From the IMG/VR virus record IMGVR_UViG_3300046787_000138, positions 158 through 64,157 of that record: a DNA stretch of 64,000 nt; one strand, written 5' to 3'. This document shows positions 9,457 to 17,256 of the stretch, one piece after another (within the stretch, counting starts at the first letter, position 1; each line of letters opens with the position of its first letter). Both the position numbers and the translations under genes were made by a program. The notes beneath the pieces are model-generated. The model saw only the letters and a program-made list of their open reading frames with translations. It did not search any database and was not told where the DNA came from. Origin of the DNA: a virus. Taxonomy: Duplodnaviria > Caudoviricetes.

Positions 9457-9684
9457 ATGGCTAATACCACCTTCTCCGGCCCAGTCACCTCGACTAACGG
9501 CTTCATCGGCACTACCACTGGCGCTGCTACTGTCCCAACATACACTGTTGCCACAGTCCCCTCAGCCGCCACAGTTGGCCAAATCATCTATGTGTCTAAC
9601 GGCTTGGCCGGTGCTCCTTGCTTGGCTGTTGCCAACGGTACAAACTGGATTTCTCCAGCCGGTACAGCTGTAGCCGCTGCTTAA
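9457..9684 (+). CDS. Small putative virion protein
   Basis: MANTTFSGPV start, GAGGA RBS, Thr/Ala/Gly-rich. Confidence 0.7.
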   Translation: MANTTFSGPVTSTNGFIGTTTGAATVPTYTVATVPSAATVGQIIYVSNGLAGAPCLAVANGTNWISPAGTAVAAA

Positions 9685-9724
9685 TTGATCTCGGGGCTTC
9701 GGCCCTAACTTAAAGGAGATTGAT

Positions 9725-10015
9725 ATGGCAATGCAAGGTGACGTTAAATGCACGCACTTGAGCGCCTCTGGCAGTATTTTTGCTGGACGCGCCCGAGTCA
9801 AAGGCTTTTCTATTTGCGGTACAGCTAGTACGGCTGGAACGTTGTTGTTGAAAGACGGCGGTTCTGGTGGCACTACGCTTATTGAAATCGACATTCCATC
9901 GAACTCAAACCCAAACTCTTTCTATGTGGCAATCCCACAAGAAGGTGTTTTGTTTACAACTAACGTCTATGCAACGTTGACAAATATTGCAAGCGTAACG
10001 GTGTTCTATGGCTGA
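9725..10015 (+). CDS. Small putative virion protein
   Basis: AAGGAG RBS; beta-rich 96 aa. Confidence 0.7.
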   Translation: MAMQGDVKCTHLSASGSIFAGRARVKGFSICGTASTAGTLLLKDGGSGGTTLIEIDIPSNSNPNSFYVAIPQEGVLFTTNVYATLTNIASVTVFYG

Positions 10016-10760
10016 TACAGAGAAGAGCATTAACCTAGCTGGGCGCAAACTGATGATTGCGATCCCAGCATACGACAACAAGCTGAACATTGATTCAGCT
10101 TTTGCCTTGTCCAATCTGGCCGTTCAGGTTCAGTCGTTGGGGGTTAAGCTTTACCTCACGCACCTCTCGGGGTGCTCCCTTATTACGAAGGCTCGCAACT
10201 CACTGGTTGCGGACTTCCTCAAATCCGACGCAGACACGCTTCTGTTCGTCGATGCCGACGTGGTTATTTCCGCCGACGCAGTGCTCCGCCTTTTGGCGTT
10301 GAGCCTAGACAAAGACATCACGGCTGGTATCTACCCCCGCCGTGGTATGGACCGCAAGTTCTTCCTCGACTACCACCTTGATGAAAACGGTGCGTTGGAG
10401 TTCGACAAGAACGGCTTGATGCGTGTGAAGCGCATTGGCACAGGCTTCATGATGATTCAGCGTCACGTCATTGAGACGATGATCGCCAAACACCCAGAGT
10501 GGGCCTACGACAACAACGTAGACAACCGCACAGACCACGCCATCTTCGACTTGAAGATTGTGAACGGCGAGTATTACGGCGAAGACTACTTGTTCTGTGA
10601 CCGCGCTACTGAAGACGGTTTCACAGTTTTCCTAGACCCATCAATCAGCCTACCCCACGTTGGCCAAGAGAAGTTCACTCGTGACTTCAACGAAGACGTG
10701 TTGCAGCCGTTGTTGGCCGAGCATTGCACCCCCAAGTTGAAAGTCGTCAATGGCAACTAA
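10008..10760 (+). CDS. GT-A fold (family 2-like) glycosyltransferase
   Basis: IAIPAY start, ARN, FVDAD (DxD), IGTGFMMI, GEDYLFC, LPHVG motifs. Confidence 0.75.
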   Translation: MADTEKSINLAGRKLMIAIPAYDNKLNIDSAFALSNLAVQVQSLGVKLYLTHLSGCSLITKARNSLVADFLKSDADTLLFVDADVVISADAVLRLLALSLDKDITAGIYPRRGMDRKFFLDYHLDENGALEFDKNGLMRVKRIGTGFMMIQRHVIETMIAKHPEWAYDNNVDNRTDHAIFDLKIVNGEYYGEDYLFCDRATEDGFTVFLDPSISLPHVGQEKFTRDFNEDVLQPLLAEHCTPKLKVVNGN

Positions 10761-11007
10761 AAAGACTCCATCGCTCGCTGTTGGTCGCGGTGAGAAACTT
10801 CCAGCATCTAAGGGTGCTGGCCTCACAGCCAAAGGCCGTGCTAAGTACAACGCAGCCACAGGCAGCAACCTCAAAGCTCCGCAACCAGAAGGCGGTGCCC
10901 GCAAGAAATCTTTCTGCGCGCGCATGTCTGGTATGCCCGGCCCAATGAAAGACGAGAAGGGTAAGCCCACTCGCAAAGCCGCATCTCTAGCCCGTTGGAA
11001 GTGCTGA
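10750..11007 (+). CDS. Small basic phage protein (RKKSFCARM...RWKC family)
   Basis: Lys/Arg-rich 85 aa with conserved-looking SFCARM and terminal WKC. Confidence 0.75.
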   Translation: MATKKTPSLAVGRGEKLPASKGAGLTAKGRAKYNAATGSNLKAPQPEGGARKKSFCARMSGMPGPMKDEKGKPTRKAASLARWKC

Positions 11008-11008
11008 T

Positions 11009-11206
11009 ATGACCGAACACCACGATACCGCTAAACAAATCGTCGATGGGCTTTCGCTCTTGACCGTAGTTGGGACCTTGACCGAAATGCTACCTTCAAT
11101 CTCCGCGCTACTCAGTATTGTCTGGGTGGGAATCCGAATCTGGGAGACTGATACGGTGCAAGGTTTGTTTGGCCGCAAAGGGGATAAAGATGCCAGCAAC
11201 GAGTGA
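11009..11206 (+). CDS. Small membrane protein (holin-like)
   Basis: Two hydrophobic segments, charged C-terminus. Confidence 0.5.
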   Translation: MTEHHDTAKQIVDGLSLLTVVGTLTEMLPSISALLSIVWVGIRIWETDTVQGLFGRKGDKDASNE

Positions 11207-11708
11207 AAAACAAAAGAAGTTCATGGACGCCGCAGCGCATAACTCATCGTTTGCTAAAAAGGCCGGTGTGCCGCAAAATGTGGCCAAGGAATTTAGCGAA
11301 AAAAGCAAAGGCTTGAAGTTTGGTAAGGGTTCAGATTCCCGCGCCGACCTTCAAAAAGTAAACAAACCCGAAGCCCTTCACGGCAAATCGGCTCTCTTTA
11401 AAAAAGGCGGTACCACCATGGCTACAAAAAAACTCCCTCCATTTATGGGCAAAGAGACTAAGGCTGAAGAAGCCAAAGAAATGAAGATCAAGGCTATTAG
11501 CCCAAAGATGTACCAGAAGGGCGAGAAAGCCGAAGGCGTGCATAAGATGGCCAAGGGCGGCATCTCTTCTTCATTGAAAGCACATGCCGCAGCGCCCGCT
11601 TCCAAAGCTCATGCAAAGCTTGCCAAAGGCGGCGGTGTTGAGGTCAAGGGTAAGACCAAGGGCAAGAACATCGCCATGTGTGGCGGCGGTATGGCCAAGA
11701 AGAAGTGA
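11190..11708 (+). CDS. Small basic protein with repeated KGG motifs
   Basis: ATG 11190 (MPATSEKQKKFM); FKKGG, MAKGG, LAKGG. Confidence 0.75.
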   Translation: MPATSEKQKKFMDAAAHNSSFAKKAGVPQNVAKEFSEKSKGLKFGKGSDSRADLQKVNKPEALHGKSALFKKGGTTMATKKLPPFMGKETKAEEAKEMKIKAISPKMYQKGEKAEGVHKMAKGGISSSLKAHAAAPASKAHAKLAKGGGVEVKGKTKGKNIAMCGGGMAKKK

Positions 11709-11718
11709 GAGGATTATC

Positions 11719-12264
11719 ATGGCACGTAAAAAAGATTTGGCTGGACTCGCTACGTTGGCGGGTCTCGCGTATATGGCGTCTCGCGACAAAGGCGGCGAAT
11801 CAGCTGCTCCAGAAGCTAAAACCGAGAGCGCGGTAGCCTCCCCTGTTTCTAGTTCTGCTGGCGACGTAGAAGAAACCAAACTCGATAGCATGGCCGACAT
11901 CCCTCGTTCACGCCCCGCAGCTCCAAAAGCTTCCGCACCAAAACCCATGGGCGGTTCTGGCCGTGGCGGTCGTGGCGGCGCTACAGCTGAAGAGTTGGCC
12001 GTTTATGCAGCTAGCAAAAAGCCAGCGTATGAATCTCCTTATGACCGCTCACGTCGCGAAGACCGTGAAGCTGGCCGCGACATTGGCTCCGTGGTCGAAG
12101 GCCTGAAAAACCGTATTGCTACTGCTGGTGAACGTGGAAGCGTACTGCCTTTGAAAAGCACAAAAGCAGACAAGAACGAGTTCATGGGTCCCGGCATGAA
12201 AAAAGGCGGCTCAGTCAAAGGCTGGGGCATGGCTCGCGGCGCTCGCAAAGCAAAGACTTACTAA
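11719..12264 (+). CDS. Low-complexity protein with C-terminal MKKGG motif
   Basis: ATG 11719 with GAGGA RBS. Confidence 0.75.
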   Translation: MARKKDLAGLATLAGLAYMASRDKGGESAAPEAKTESAVASPVSSSAGDVEETKLDSMADIPRSRPAAPKASAPKPMGGSGRGGRGGATAEELAVYAASKKPAYESPYDRSRREDREAGRDIGSVVEGLKNRIATAGERGSVLPLKSTKADKNEFMGPGMKKGGSVKGWGMARGARKAKTY

Positions 12265-12273
12265 GGAAAAATC

Positions 12274-12570
12274 ATGGCAAACAGTTTATTAGCCAACCTC
12301 TCCCCCGTTTACGGCGCTCTCAAAGGTGAGGGCATGTTTGGTGACGTGCTGGGCAAAAAGAGCGAAAACGAAGCCGAAGCGCAAAAAGCTATGCAGGCTG
12401 CTCAGGAAAAGAAAGCTGCGGACGAACAAGCATTGGCTAAGGCTAATGCGCAGGAGTGGGCGAAACGCCAAAATGGTATGAAAAAAGGCGGTATGGCTAA
12501 GTCATCTTCCGCTTCCCGCCGCGCTGACGGCATGGCGTCCAAGGGCAAGACCCGTGGCAAATTTTGCTGA
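12274..12570 (+). CDS. Small basic protein (MKKGG...SASRRADGMASKGKTRGK)
   Basis: AAGGA RBS; C-terminal motif shared with next gene. Confidence 0.8.
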   Translation: MANSLLANLSPVYGALKGEGMFGDVLGKKSENEAEAQKAMQAAQEKKAADEQALAKANAQEWAKRQNGMKKGGMAKSSSASRRADGMASKGKTRGKFC

Positions 12571-12578
12571 GGTGAACC

Positions 12579-12884
12579 ATGGCAGATGACAAAATGTGGA
12601 AACCCGGTATGGACATCCCTCAAGATGAGGATGGCGCATCGGTGACCAAAACGGACAAAAAACCTACTCCAGCCCCAAAGAAGATTCAAGCCCCACAGGA
12701 CATTGATGGCGCTTCTGCTACTCGTAGCCCGAAGAAGGGTGAAAAGCCTGTGTATGAAGAACCCGGTAGCGGTATTCGCGTTGACGGCAAACCATTGAAC
12801 AAAGCCAAAGGTGGCTTTGTTTCCGCTTCTAGCCGTGCCGATGGTATGGCATCACGAGGTAAAACTCGTGGGAAGATGTGCTGA
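12579..12884 (+). CDS. Small basic protein (KAKGG...SASSRADGMASRGKTRGK)
   Basis: GAGG RBS; internal repeat PQDEDGAS/PQDIDGAS. Confidence 0.8.
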   Translation: MADDKMWKPGMDIPQDEDGASVTKTDKKPTPAPKKIQAPQDIDGASATRSPKKGEKPVYEEPGSGIRVDGKPLNKAKGGFVSASSRADGMASRGKTRGKMC

Positions 12885-13120
12885 TGTTGGCTAGTCGTGG
12901 CATGGGGGCTGTTAACGCCTCTAAGATGCCTAAACCCAAAGTCATCAAGAAGCGTGACGGAGACTACCCAGTTGACGTCTACGCTGAAGGCGGCAAAGTA
13001 GGTTTGTACGCTAACATCAACGCCAAGCGTAAGCGCGGTGAGAAGATGCGTAAGCCCGGGGCCAAAGGCGCGCCGACAGCCCAAGCATTTATTGACTCCG
13101 CAAAAACAGCAAAGAAGTAA
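12884..13120 (+). CDS. Small basic protein (YAEGG; GLYANINAKRKR)
   Basis: TGATG coupling to previous gene. Confidence 0.75.
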   Translation: MLASRGMGAVNASKMPKPKVIKKRDGDYPVDVYAEGGKVGLYANINAKRKRGEKMRKPGAKGAPTAQAFIDSAKTAKK

Positions 13121-13123
13121 ACC

Positions 13124-14053
13124 ATGGCAGTCACATCCGGCTCAACCTCATTCAACCTTGACCTAACCGAGTTGGTCGAGGAGGCGTTTGAACGCGCCGG
13201 TCGTGAACTGCGTTCGGGTTATGACCTGCGCACAGCTCGTCGTAGCCTCAACATCATGTTCGCCGACTGGGCGAACCGTGGCATCAACATGTGGACGATT
13301 GAGCAAGGTCAGATTGACTTGGTTCAAGGCCAGAGCACTTACGCCCTGCCCAACGACACTGTGGATTTGCTAGAACACGTTATCCGTACTCAAGCCGGTC
13401 AGACTTCTAACCAAGCTGACTTGACCATCACACGTATCAGCGTCTCGACTTATGCGACCCTCCCAAACAAGCTTCAGCAGGCTCGTCCGATTCAGGTATG
13501 GGTCCAAAGACTGGATGGGCAGACTGCGGCGTCAATCACGACTCTTGCGAGTGGCATATCGGCTACTGACACAACGATTGCGTTGACCTCGTCTCAGGGC
13601 TTGCCAGCGGCAGGTTTCATCAAGATCGACAACGAGACCATCAACTACACCGCAGTCAGCGGCAACGACCTCACCGGCTGTTTCCGTGGGCAGAACGGCA
13701 CTACCGCCGCTTCTCATTTAGCTGCCGCCGCTGTGTCCGTGCAGAACCTCCCAGCTGTGACCGTATGGCCTACACCTGATGGCGCTCAGACATACCAATT
13801 CGTCTACTGGCGTCTTCGCCGCACTCAGGATGCCGGTGGTGGTGTGAACGTCATGGACGTGCCTTTCCGCTTCATCCCTTGTATGGCCGCTGGTTTGGCG
13901 TACTACATCGCTGGCAAGATTCCAGAAGGCGCTGAGCGCATCATGCTGTTGAAGCAACAGTACGACGAGGCATGGGAGCTGGCCGCTTATGAAGACCATG
14001 AGAAGGCCGCTATTCGCTTCGTACCGCGTCAGCAGTACATCGGGGGCACCTAA
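13124..14053 (+). CDS. Putative head-tail adaptor/tail tubular protein with inserted beta domain
   Basis: Helical N-terminus (ELVEEAFERAG...RRSLN), VWPTPD motif, helical C-terminus; position after head genes. Confidence 0.65.
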   Translation: MAVTSGSTSFNLDLTELVEEAFERAGRELRSGYDLRTARRSLNIMFADWANRGINMWTIEQGQIDLVQGQSTYALPNDTVDLLEHVIRTQAGQTSNQADLTITRISVSTYATLPNKLQQARPIQVWVQRLDGQTAASITTLASGISATDTTIALTSSQGLPAAGFIKIDNETINYTAVSGNDLTGCFRGQNGTTAASHLAAAAVSVQNLPAVTVWPTPDGAQTYQFVYWRLRRTQDAGGGVNVMDVPFRFIPCMAAGLAYYIAGKIPEGAERIMLLKQQYDEAWELAAYEDHEKAAIRFVPRQQYIGGT

Positions 14054-14481
14054 TGGGTAACCGCTTCGCCAGTGGCAAATGGGCGATTGCTCAATGCGAC
14101 CGTTGCGATCAGCGGTTCAAGTTGAAAGTCCTCAAGCGCGAGATCATCAAGACCAAGAACTACGAGCTCTTGGTGTGCCCAGAGTGCTGGGACCCTGACC
14201 AACCACAACTTCAGCTGGGTATGTATCCGGTTGATGACCCTCAAGGTTTGCGTAACCCACGCCCTGACCGCAGCTATGTAACGTCAGGCACAACGGGCTT
14301 GCAGATTCTGAACGGCAACAGCACTAGCACTCAGGAACAAGGTTTCCAAAGTGAGGGTAGTCGCAACATACAATGGGGGTGGAACCCTGTTGGTGGCGCG
14401 GCCTTAAATGACGACGGTTTAACGCCAAACTACTTGGCTTTATCTGTGGAAATTGGTACAGTCACCATATCAACGACGTAA
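14053..14481 (+). CDS. Hypothetical protein with CxxC...CxxC zinc-binding motif
   Basis: CDRC and CPEC; TAATG coupling. Confidence 0.75.
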   Translation: MGNRFASGKWAIAQCDRCDQRFKLKVLKREIIKTKNYELLVCPECWDPDQPQLQLGMYPVDDPQGLRNPRPDRSYVTSGTTGLQILNGNSTSTQEQGFQSEGSRNIQWGWNPVGGAALNDDGLTPNYLALSVEIGTVTISTT

Positions 14482-14491
14482 GGAGTCGAAC

Positions 14492-14686
14492 ATGTCTTTC
14501 AAAAAATCAGCCGACGGCGTTACCAAAAAAGGTAAGACCGAAGGCAAAAATCTCGGCGATAGCGGCCCAACAGCAGCAGCTCAAAAGGGCAAAGGCGGCA
14601 AGGGCAAAGGCGGCGGCAAAACTAACGAAGACATGCTGAGCATGGGTCGTGGTATGGCCAAAGTTGCAAACCAGAAGCGAGGTTAA
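14492..14686 (+). CDS. Small basic Gly/Lys-rich protein
   Basis: AAGGAG RBS; SADGVTKKGKTEGK resembles the ADGxxxKGKTxGK motif. Confidence 0.75.
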   Translation: MSFKKSADGVTKKGKTEGKNLGDSGPTAAAQKGKGGKGKGGGKTNEDMLSMGRGMAKVANQKRG

Positions 14687-14688
14687 TC

Positions 14689-14958
14689 ATGGCCAAATTC
14701 AGTCAAAAAATGGGTGGTAAGGAAGTTGGCGCTGCTAGCGTCTACGCTAAGCCACACACAATGGACGGCAAGCCCCTCAAGGCTACGAAGAAGACCGACC
14801 CAAACACTTTGTCAGCTAAGCAAATCAGCCCCCGCACAACCGCAATGCGCGTGAGTGGTGGTGACCCTGCTGCCGATGACGTCAAGACCACAGGCATTAA
14901 AATCCGTGGTACTGGCGCGGCAACAAAAGGTTTGATGGCTCGCGGCCCAATGGCATAA
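14689..14958 (+). CDS. Small basic protein
   Basis: GAGG RBS; ends IRGTGAATKGLMARGPMA. Confidence 0.75.
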   Translation: MAKFSQKMGGKEVGAASVYAKPHTMDGKPLKATKKTDPNTLSAKQISPRTTAMRVSGGDPAADDVKTTGIKIRGTGAATKGLMARGPMA

Positions 14959-14959
14959 C

Positions 14960-15661
14960 ATGACCTACGACGAACTCTACGCAAACATCCAAGCGTACAC
15001 GGAGAACACGTTCCCCGATACGTACCTTGCTGACGGAAGCTCCGTGTCTACTGAGACGCAGATCAACACCTTCATCAAGCAGGCGGAGCAACGCATCTAT
15101 AACACGGTGCAGTTTCCGTCTTTGCGTAAGAACGTCGAAGGTATCACGACCACGAACAACAAGTACCTCTCGTGCCCTAACGACTTTCTGGCGGTGTATT
15201 CATTGGCCGTGATCGACGCTACGGGCTCGTACGAGTTCTTGCTGAACAAAGACGTGAACTTCATCCGTCAGGCTTACCCACAACCAACGGATACCGCGAC
15301 CCCCAAGTATTACGCTCTGTTTGGGCCGACTACTTCTGGCACAACAGTTACCAACGAGTTGACCTTTATTCTTGGCCCAACACCTGATGCAGCCTACGAT
15401 GTAGAGCTGCACTATTACTATTACCCAACATCCATTGTGGATTCAGCTGATGGCCACACGTGGTTGGGTGACAACTTCGATAGCGTGCTGTTGTACGGTT
15501 CTTTGGTTGAGGCGTACACCTTCATGAAGGGTGAGACCGACTTGATTACCTTGTACAACACTAAGTACAACGAAGCGTTGGCTATGGCTAAGCGTCTGGG
15601 CGATGGTATGGAACGTCAGGACGCATACCGTTCTGGCCAATATAGACAGGCGGTGACCTGA
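14960..15661 (+). CDS. Putative tail adaptor protein
   Basis: MTYDEL...FIKQAEQRI, PKYY, LGPTPD, LLYGSLVEA motifs typical of podovirus adaptors. Confidence 0.65.
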   Translation: MTYDELYANIQAYTENTFPDTYLADGSSVSTETQINTFIKQAEQRIYNTVQFPSLRKNVEGITTTNNKYLSCPNDFLAVYSLAVIDATGSYEFLLNKDVNFIRQAYPQPTDTATPKYYALFGPTTSGTTVTNELTFILGPTPDAAYDVELHYYYYPTSIVDSADGHTWLGDNFDSVLLYGSLVEAYTFMKGETDLITLYNTKYNEALAMAKRLGDGMERQDAYRSGQYRQAVT

Positions 15662-16089
15662 TGGCAATCGCTCAAGGCGCAACAAACACATTCAAGGTTG
15701 GACTGCTCGACGGCACGTTCGACTTGGCCGCAGGTTCGTTCAAGATCGCGCTGTACACCGGCGCGGCTTCTATTGGGCCTGACACAACTGCGTACACCAC
15801 TGACGGTGAAGTGGTGGCTTCCGGCTACACAGCTGGCGGCGAGGCACTGACAATTTCCCAAGTGCCGACAATCGGCAACCAAACAGGCAATGCTACGGCG
15901 TATCTATCGTTCAGCAACGTTACTTGGACTTCAGCCCTAACTGCGCGTGGCGCTCTGATCTATCAAGTTGGTAGTGGCGACCCGGCGGTATGTGTACTGG
16001 ACTTCGGCGCAGACAAGACTTCTACGACAACTTTCACAGTGCAGTTTCCTGCTGTCACTAGCACAGCGGCGATCATCCGCATTTCCTAA
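15661..16089 (+). CDS. Putative tail protein
   Basis: FKIALYT, GYTAGG, TARGALIY, VLDFG; tail-module context. Confidence 0.65.
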   Translation: MAIAQGATNTFKVGLLDGTFDLAAGSFKIALYTGAASIGPDTTAYTTDGEVVASGYTAGGEALTISQVPTIGNQTGNATAYLSFSNVTWTSALTARGALIYQVGSGDPAVCVLDFGADKTSTTTFTVQFPAVTSTAAIIRIS

Positions 16090-16100
16090 TAGGAGCCCTC

Positions 16101-16676
16101 ATGTTTATCGACAAAGCCCACTCTACAGACACCGTTGCCGCAGGCTTGGTTGCTGGCACTCAATCGACAAGCGGCGCTAAAGGCGGCGGCGTTTTTCACT
16201 TCCAATGCTTAGACAAAGACGGCAACGTGAAGTGGGAAGAGACCACACACAACCTCGTCGTGAACGAGGGTCTGCAAGATATGAACACCAAGTATTTTCA
16301 GGGTAGCTCATACACTGCTGGTTGGTACTTGGGCTTGATTACCGGCCCCGGTTCAGGCACCACTTACGCCGCTGCCGACACCTTAGCTTCGCACGCTGGC
16401 TGGACTGAGTTCACCAACTATTCTGGCGCACGAAAGGCTGTTACGTTTGGTACAGCCACAACCGCTGATCCTTCTGTGATTACCACGTCCTCAGCGTTAA
16501 GTTTCTCAATCAGTAGCTCTGGCGGCACAGTAGCTGGTGCGTTCTTGTGTACGGTGTCTAGCGGTACTTCTGGTGTATTGTTCTCCGAAGCGGACTTCCA
16601 GTCGCCCGGCGACCGTGTGGTTGTGTCTGGCGACACACTGAACGTGACGTACACATTTAGCCTCGACGCGGCTTAA
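16101..16676 (+). CDS. Putative tail protein
   Basis: AGGAG RBS; HNLVVNEG, GDTLNVTY. Confidence 0.65.
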   Translation: MFIDKAHSTDTVAAGLVAGTQSTSGAKGGGVFHFQCLDKDGNVKWEETTHNLVVNEGLQDMNTKYFQGSSYTAGWYLGLITGPGSGTTYAAADTLASHAGWTEFTNYSGARKAVTFGTATTADPSVITTSSALSFSISSSGGTVAGAFLCTVSSGTSGVLFSEADFQSPGDRVVVSGDTLNVTYTFSLDAA

Positions 16677-16692
16677 CGCGTAGGGAGGCCCT

Positions 16693-17247
16693 GTGCTTGG
16701 GTTCACCCCACTTGCCGTAGTACCGCTCGCCGTATCCGGCGCGGCGCAAGCCATCCTTGCTGAGATTGCAGAAAGCGCGGCGGTAAGCGACACAGCACCT
16801 GTGGCAGTGGCTCTTTTTGCGCCTTCTATTGCAGAGCTGTCTGCGGTTTACGAGAGTAACTTTGTAGCGGCGTCTGACTTTAGCGCCGCTATATCTGAGT
16901 TAAGTACTGGTTCTGAATCAACTTCTGCTGTGCCTATCTTTGAGAGCGCGGTTGATGAAGTTGGTACAGCGGCGGATTCCACATCTGTAGCGGCGTCTAC
17001 GTTCAATGCGCCTATTGTTGAGTCAGTATCCGCAGTTGACGCGTTCTTAACAACAGCAGTTCTATTTGCTACAGTCCAAGGTGGTGCAACAGCCGCAGAC
17101 CAAGTAGTTTGTAGGTTCCTATGGGAGTTAATTGATGACTCTCAAAGTGCTGACTGGGTGGTTGTAGATGACGCTCAGACCCCCGGATGGACGACAATTA
17201 ACGATGCGCAACCGGGCACTTGGTCGGTTATTGGTACAGACAACTAA
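16693..17247 (+). CDS. Putative tail-associated protein (acidic, C-terminal W-x-x-I-x-D repeats)
   Basis: GTG start with GGAGG RBS. Confidence 0.65.
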   Translation: MLGFTPLAVVPLAVSGAAQAILAEIAESAAVSDTAPVAVALFAPSIAELSAVYESNFVAASDFSAAISELSTGSESTSAVPIFESAVDEVGTAADSTSVAASTFNAPIVESVSAVDAFLTTAVLFATVQGGATAADQVVCRFLWELIDDSQSADWVVVDDAQTPGWTTINDAQPGTWSVIGTDN

Positions 17248-17256
17248 AGGCATGAC

